Part shown: positions 20,741 through 24,000 of the stretch, piece by piece
Layout of the letters: every line of letters begins with the position of its first letter
Numbering within the stretch: the first letter of the stretch is position 1
Origin: Phycisphaerae bacterium
Lineage (GTDB): Bacteria; Planctomycetota; Phycisphaerae; FEN-1346
Reading direction: 5' to 3'
Assembly: GCA_035529015.1 (NCBI GenBank)
Contig: DATKXP010000605.1
Location: 10,361 to 34,360, forward strand
Length of the DNA: 24,000 nucleotides
The notes under the pieces: generated by a model
The model's database searches: none
Seen by the model: the letters and a program-made list of their open reading frames with translations, nothing else
What the model was told of the DNA's origin: nothing
Program-made: the position numbers and the translations under genes

Positions 20741-22015
20741 TCAGACGCCGAAGATGCGTTTCGGGTTGTCCCTGAGGAGCAACCGCGCCGTCTCGGCCGC
20801 TTGCTGCTCGCTCATCAGTCCTGTCTCGACGAAGTCGCGTGCGAGCACCCGGGCCAGCACCCGCCGGTACATGTTGAACTTCGGCAGGCCGAACTCGACC
20901 TTGTACATGTCGCTGTAGTACCCGATGAGTTTGACCTTCGGCACGGCCATCAGCCGCGCGCGAAGTTCGGACTCGATGTGGACCGGCACGTTCAGGTACC
21001 ACCAGTGGCCGGACGGCTTGACGTTGGGAAAGATCCACGCGAACGTCGCCAGTTCGTGGGCCCACGCCAGCGACAGGACCGAAACCGTGAAGTCCACGTC
21101 CGGGTGGCGGCGGAAGAGGTCGGCGTACTGGATGAGGCTGCCGGACTTCGACAGCAGGTCGCGCCCGCCCTCCACGCCCGCCGGATACACGTTGCGCAGG
21201 ACGCCGATCATCAACTGAAACGGTTTGTGGAACTGGTGGCACACCTCCGCGACGACGTCGAACGCGAAGACCGCGAGGTGCCGGCTCTCAGCGTCCGACA
21301 GGTCCTTACCGCGCAGCGCACGGGCAAGGGCCTTGTCGGCGGCGGCTTCGTCCGGCGTCGCCGGGGCAAAGTCGGGCGGCAGGCTGATGGCGGCCGACGC
21401 CGCACCGTGTTGTGTGAAGTACCGCATCAGCCAGCGAACCGCATCGCGGACGTCGCCGGCCGAGTCGACCTCCACCCCCGTCTTGACGGTAAGGCGGTGG
21501 CGGACATCCGGGTCGGCCAACTGAAACACCAGGTCGTCGGTCCGCAGGCACGGAACGAAGACGCTGCGATCCACCAGCGCCAGGTCTTCGTCAAAGCGGT
21601 TCGTCAGGAAGACCTTCTCAAGGTTTGCCCTGGCGAGGACGGTGCGGTAGCGGTCTTCGTTTTTGGCGGCTTCGACGACCGTCTGGCCCAGTTCCGCCCA
21701 ATTGCCGGTCGTCAGCCGGTCGGCCCGGAAGCCGAACAGGTCGCGCGCCGCTTCCATCAGCCAACTGTACTGGACGGTGTTGTCGATGGTGTCGAGGCGC
21801 GACACCATTTCGGTGATGCGATCTGCACCGCTCGTGTGCGGATGGACGGCCTCGACGGGCATGCCGGCCGAGTGGGCCAGTTCCGTGTAGTAATGGTAGC
21901 CCAGCAGGTCGGCGAGCGTCTTGGCGTGGGGAGACTCGGCCGGGACGTGACTGTGGCAGTCGATGGCCCGGACGGCAAGAATCTCGTGCAGGAGTCTGGT
22001 TTCGAGGTCGCTCAT
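20741..22015 (-). CDS. Glucuronate (uronate) isomerase family protein, divergent
   Basis: ORF 20741..22117 is trimmed to the ATG at 22015 (MSDLETRLLHEIL...), which has GGGAAAGGTGG just upstream. A TATAAT box lies inside the longer ORF. UxaC-like landmarks: IDCHSHV, YHYYTEL, QLMIGVLRN, SGHWWYLN, YYSDMYKVEFGLPKFNMYRRVLARVL (compare E. coli UxaC FDYHCHL, YHIGALRNNN, GSGWWFND, DSRSFLSYTRHEYFRRILC). Confidence 0.75.
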   Translation of the reverse strand: MSDLETRLLHEILAVRAIDCHSHVPAESPHAKTLADLLGYHYYTELAHSAGMPVEAVHPHTSGADRITEMVSRLDTIDNTVQYSWLMEAARDLFGFRADRLTTGNWAELGQTVVEAAKNEDRYRTVLARANLEKVFLTNRFDEDLALVDRSVFVPCLRTDDLVFQLADPDVRHRLTVKTGVEVDSAGDVRDAVRWLMRYFTQHGAASAAISLPPDFAPATPDEAAADKALARALRGKDLSDAESRHLAVFAFDVVAEVCHQFHKPFQLMIGVLRNVYPAGVEGGRDLLSKSGSLIQYADLFRRHPDVDFTVSVLSLAWAHELATFAWIFPNVKPSGHWWYLNVPVHIESELRARLMAVPKVKLIGYYSDMYKVEFGLPKFNMYRRVLARVLARDFVETGLMSEQQAAETARLLLRDNPKRIFGV

Positions 22016-22055
22016 CTGGCGCCACCTTTCCCGCTGCTGGACCCCCGCAGAGGCC

Positions 22056-22083
22056 ATTATACGTCGCTGAGACGGCGGCACAA
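22056..22083 (-). promoter_or_regulatory. Putative promoter for the uronate-isomerase-like gene
   Basis: Read on the minus strand: TTGTGC (22083-22078), a 16-nt spacer, then a perfect TATAAT (22061-22056). This sits about 40 nt upstream of the ATG at 22015. Confidence 0.45.
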
Positions 22084-22110
22084 CCCGCCCGGAAATTTTT
22101 GGGTCAACCG

Positions 22111-22139
22111 TTCGCATTTCACGTCAAATCCGGTATAAT
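22111..22139 (+). promoter_or_regulatory. Putative promoter for the TPR gene
   Basis: TTCGCA (22111-22116), a 17-nt spacer, then a perfect TATAAT (22134-22139). AGGAGA follows at 22152-22157 and the ATG at 22168. Confidence 0.45.
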
Positions 22140-22167
22140 CTTGGGGGTCGCAGGAGAACATCCATCC

Positions 22168-22620
22168 ATGCCGTGGACCGAGCAGACAACGGTTAACTGG
22201 GGGCATTGGGACCTTGAGTCCTGGATGGCTCGGCCGCTGCCCGAGCACCTCCTTGAGCGCTTCAACTACGACCAGGAAACCTACGACATCCGTTTCCTGG
22301 AGGACCTTCTGGCCCGCGTCGGCGAGGCACCCGACATCCTGACCCACCTCGGGTACCTCTACACGCAAGCCCGGCGCTACCGCGACGCCCTGGCGGTGGA
22401 TCAGCGGCTGGTGGCCTTGCGGCCGCGCGACCCGCTCGCCTTCTACAACCTCGCGTGCTCGTACGCCCTTCTCGGGAAGGTCAACCGGGGCTTCGAGACC
22501 CTCAAGCAGGCCATCGCGCTGGGTTACCGCGACCTGGAGCACATGTACGACGACGACGACCTGGAGAACCTGCGCGGCGACCCCCGCTGGAACGACCTGG
22601 TCAGCGTCATCAAGACCTGA
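22168..22620 (+). CDS. Small TPR-repeat protein
   Basis: ORF 22099..22620 is trimmed to the ATG at 22168 (MPWTEQ...), which has AGGAGA 10 nt upstream. TPR-like helices: LGYLYTQARRYRDALAVDQRLVALRPRDPLAFYNLACSYALLGKVNRGFETLKQAIALGY. The ending DLENLRGDPRWNDLV is common in TPR proteins. Confidence 0.72.
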   Translation: MPWTEQTTVNWGHWDLESWMARPLPEHLLERFNYDQETYDIRFLEDLLARVGEAPDILTHLGYLYTQARRYRDALAVDQRLVALRPRDPLAFYNLACSYALLGKVNRGFETLKQAIALGYRDLEHMYDDDDLENLRGDPRWNDLVSVIKT

Positions 22621-22632
22621 TCCCCCCTGCCC

Positions 22633-24000
22633 TCACAAGATGTACTTCGCCAGGTCCTCGTCTTCGATCACGTCGCGCAGTTTTTCGCGGACGTAGTCGG
22701 CGTCGATTCGAACCTTGCGCTCGTCGGCGGGGAGGTCGGGCGCCTCGAAACTCACGTCCTCCAGCACCTTCTCCATGACCGTGTACAGCCGGCGTGCGCC
22801 GATGTTCTGCATCTGCTGGTTGACGCGGTACGAGATCTCGGCAATCTCGCGGACCCCGTCTTCGGCGAAGTCGATCGTCACGCCCTCGGTCTGGAGCATG
22901 GCCCGGTGCTGCTTCACGAGCGCGTTGTCCGGTTCGGTCAGGATGCGAACGAACTCATCGGCCGTCAGGTCCTTGAGTTCCACGCGAATCGGGAACCGTC
23001 CCTGGAACTCCGGCATGAGGTCCGACGGCTTCGCCTGCGAAAACGCCCCCGCCCCGATGAACAGGATGTGATCGGTCCGCACCAGCCCGTACCGGGTGCC
23101 GACGGTGCACCCCTCGACGATGGGCAGCAGATCGCGCTGCACGCCCTGGCGGCTGATGTCCGGGCCGAACTTCGAGTCCGAGCCGGTCACCTTGTCCAAC
23201 TCGTCAACGAACACGACGCCGAGGTTCTGGACGCGGTCGAGCGCCTCGGCCGTCACCTGCGACTGGTCCACCAGGCGGTCGGCTTCCTGCTGGATGAGGA
23301 TCTCCCGGGCGTCGCGGACCTTTGCGCGGCGGGGCTTGGTGCGCGCCGGCAGGAAGTGCTCGAACATCGTCTGGAGACCGATCATTTCCTCCTGCTGCGG
23401 ACCGCCGATGCGGCCGAGATCGATCTTCTCCTCGACCTCGACCTCCACGTCGCGGTCCTCAAGCAGGCCTGCCCGGAGTTTTTTGCGGAGTTTCTCGCGG
23501 CTCGCCTGCCGCTGCCGCTCCTGTTCCTGAACATCGGCCTCCGAGGTGTCTCTCGATGCCGCAGCCCAGCGGCTTGTCGGCAGCAGGACATCCAGAAGCC
23601 GTTCCTCGGCGGCTTCCTCGGCCTCCGGCCGCACGGCATCGGCCGCTTCCTGGCGGACCAGGCCCAGGGCGAGTTCCGTCAGGTCGCGGATAATCGACTC
23701 GACGTCGCGGCCGACGTAGCCCACCTCGGTGTACTTCGTGGCCTCAACCTTGATGAACGGGGCCCCGACGAGGGTGGCCATGCGCCGGGCGATCTCGGTT
23801 TTGCCGACGCCCGTCGGACCGATCATGATGATGTTCTTCGGCGCGACCTCCTCGCGAAGGTCGGCCGCGAGTTGCTGCCGCCGCCACCGGTCGCGCATCG
23901 CAATGGCGATGGCCCGCTTCGCTTCCGCCTGGCCGATGATGTAGCGGTCCAGTTGCCGAACGATCTCGCGCGGTGTCAGGGGGCGTTGGGACGAAGACCA
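22633..24000 (-). CDS. hslU: ATP-dependent protease ATPase subunit HslU; the first few codons lie beyond the window end
   Basis: The ORF track starts at an internal Met (23898). The frame stays open to 24000 and reads ...[37 protein letters not shown]...[22 protein letters not shown] (Walker A)...[10 protein letters not shown] (Walker B)...[20 protein letters not shown]...LAKYIL. Confidence 0.93.
   Translation of the reverse strand, partial: WSSSQRPLTPREIVRQLDRYIIGQAEAKRAIAIAMRDRWRRQQLAADLREEVAPKNIIMIGPTGVGKTEIARRMATLVGAPFIKVEATKYTEVGYVGRDVESIIRDLTELALGLVRQEAADAVRPEAEEAAEERLLDVLLPTSRWAAASRDTSEADVQEQERQRQASREKLRKKLRAGLLEDRDVEVEVEEKIDLGRIGGPQQEEMIGLQTMFEHFLPARTKPRRAKVRDAREILIQQEADRLVDQSQVTAEALDRVQNLGVVFVDELDKVTGSDSKFGPDISRQGVQRDLLPIVEGCTVGTRYGLVRTDHILFIGAGAFSQAKPSDLMPEFQGRFPIRVELKDLTADEFVRILTEPDNALVKQHRAMLQTEGVTIDFAEDGVREIAEISYRVNQQMQNIGARRLYTVMEKVLEDVSFEAPDLPADERKVRIDADYVREKLRDVIEDEDLAKYIL

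Noticed and set aside
20801-22138. 445-aa plus-strand ORF opposite the uronate-isomerase-like gene
   Set aside because: The minus-strand frame carries UxaC-family landmarks (IDCHSHV, GHWWYLN, YYSDMYKVEF...RRVLARVL). The plus frame has none and would run through the divergent promoter region.

Overview
This is a GC-rich, densely coding bacterial chromosomal window. I found no rRNA, tRNA, CRISPR array, transposase or integrase. The gene content (HYExAFE-type protein, pilMNO set, very long antisense ORFs) fits a Planctomycetota-like genome, but that is only an inference.

Layout:
1. 1-4073 (-): type IV pilus assembly genes in the order pilM, pilN, pilO, pilP-like, pilB. pilB runs off the window start.
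2. 4671-5207 (+): an FHA-domain protein divergent from pilM.
3. rpsU, then a translationally coupled trio at 5976-9908: ABC ATPase, large-loop ABC-2 permease, and a membrane-anchored Trp-rich helical protein.
4. A tight 12-gene minus-strand string from 18487 down to 10091: hxlB-like PHI, YkgJ-type Cys-cluster protein, psd, pssA, a lipoprotein, hisS, a HYExAFE / PD-(D/E)xK-like protein, three small membrane proteins, bioB, and a Cys-His-His ketosynthase.
5. 18680-20629 (+): a GHMP-kinase::UDP-sugar-pyrophosphorylase fusion, convergent with a uronate-isomerase-like gene.
6. A small TPR protein and hslU, which runs off the window end.

Most of this is housekeeping, and I do not see a self-evident novel multi-gene system. 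The best candidates for a second look are:
- the kinase-pyrophosphorylase fusion;
- the bioB-ketosynthase coupling;
- the ABC trio near the pilus genes;
- the cluster of small membrane proteins plus nuclease-like protein between hisS and bioB;
- two unusual intergenic repeat structures (20628-20733 and 9909-10070).

All functional calls come from reading motifs in the translations. No database search was run.
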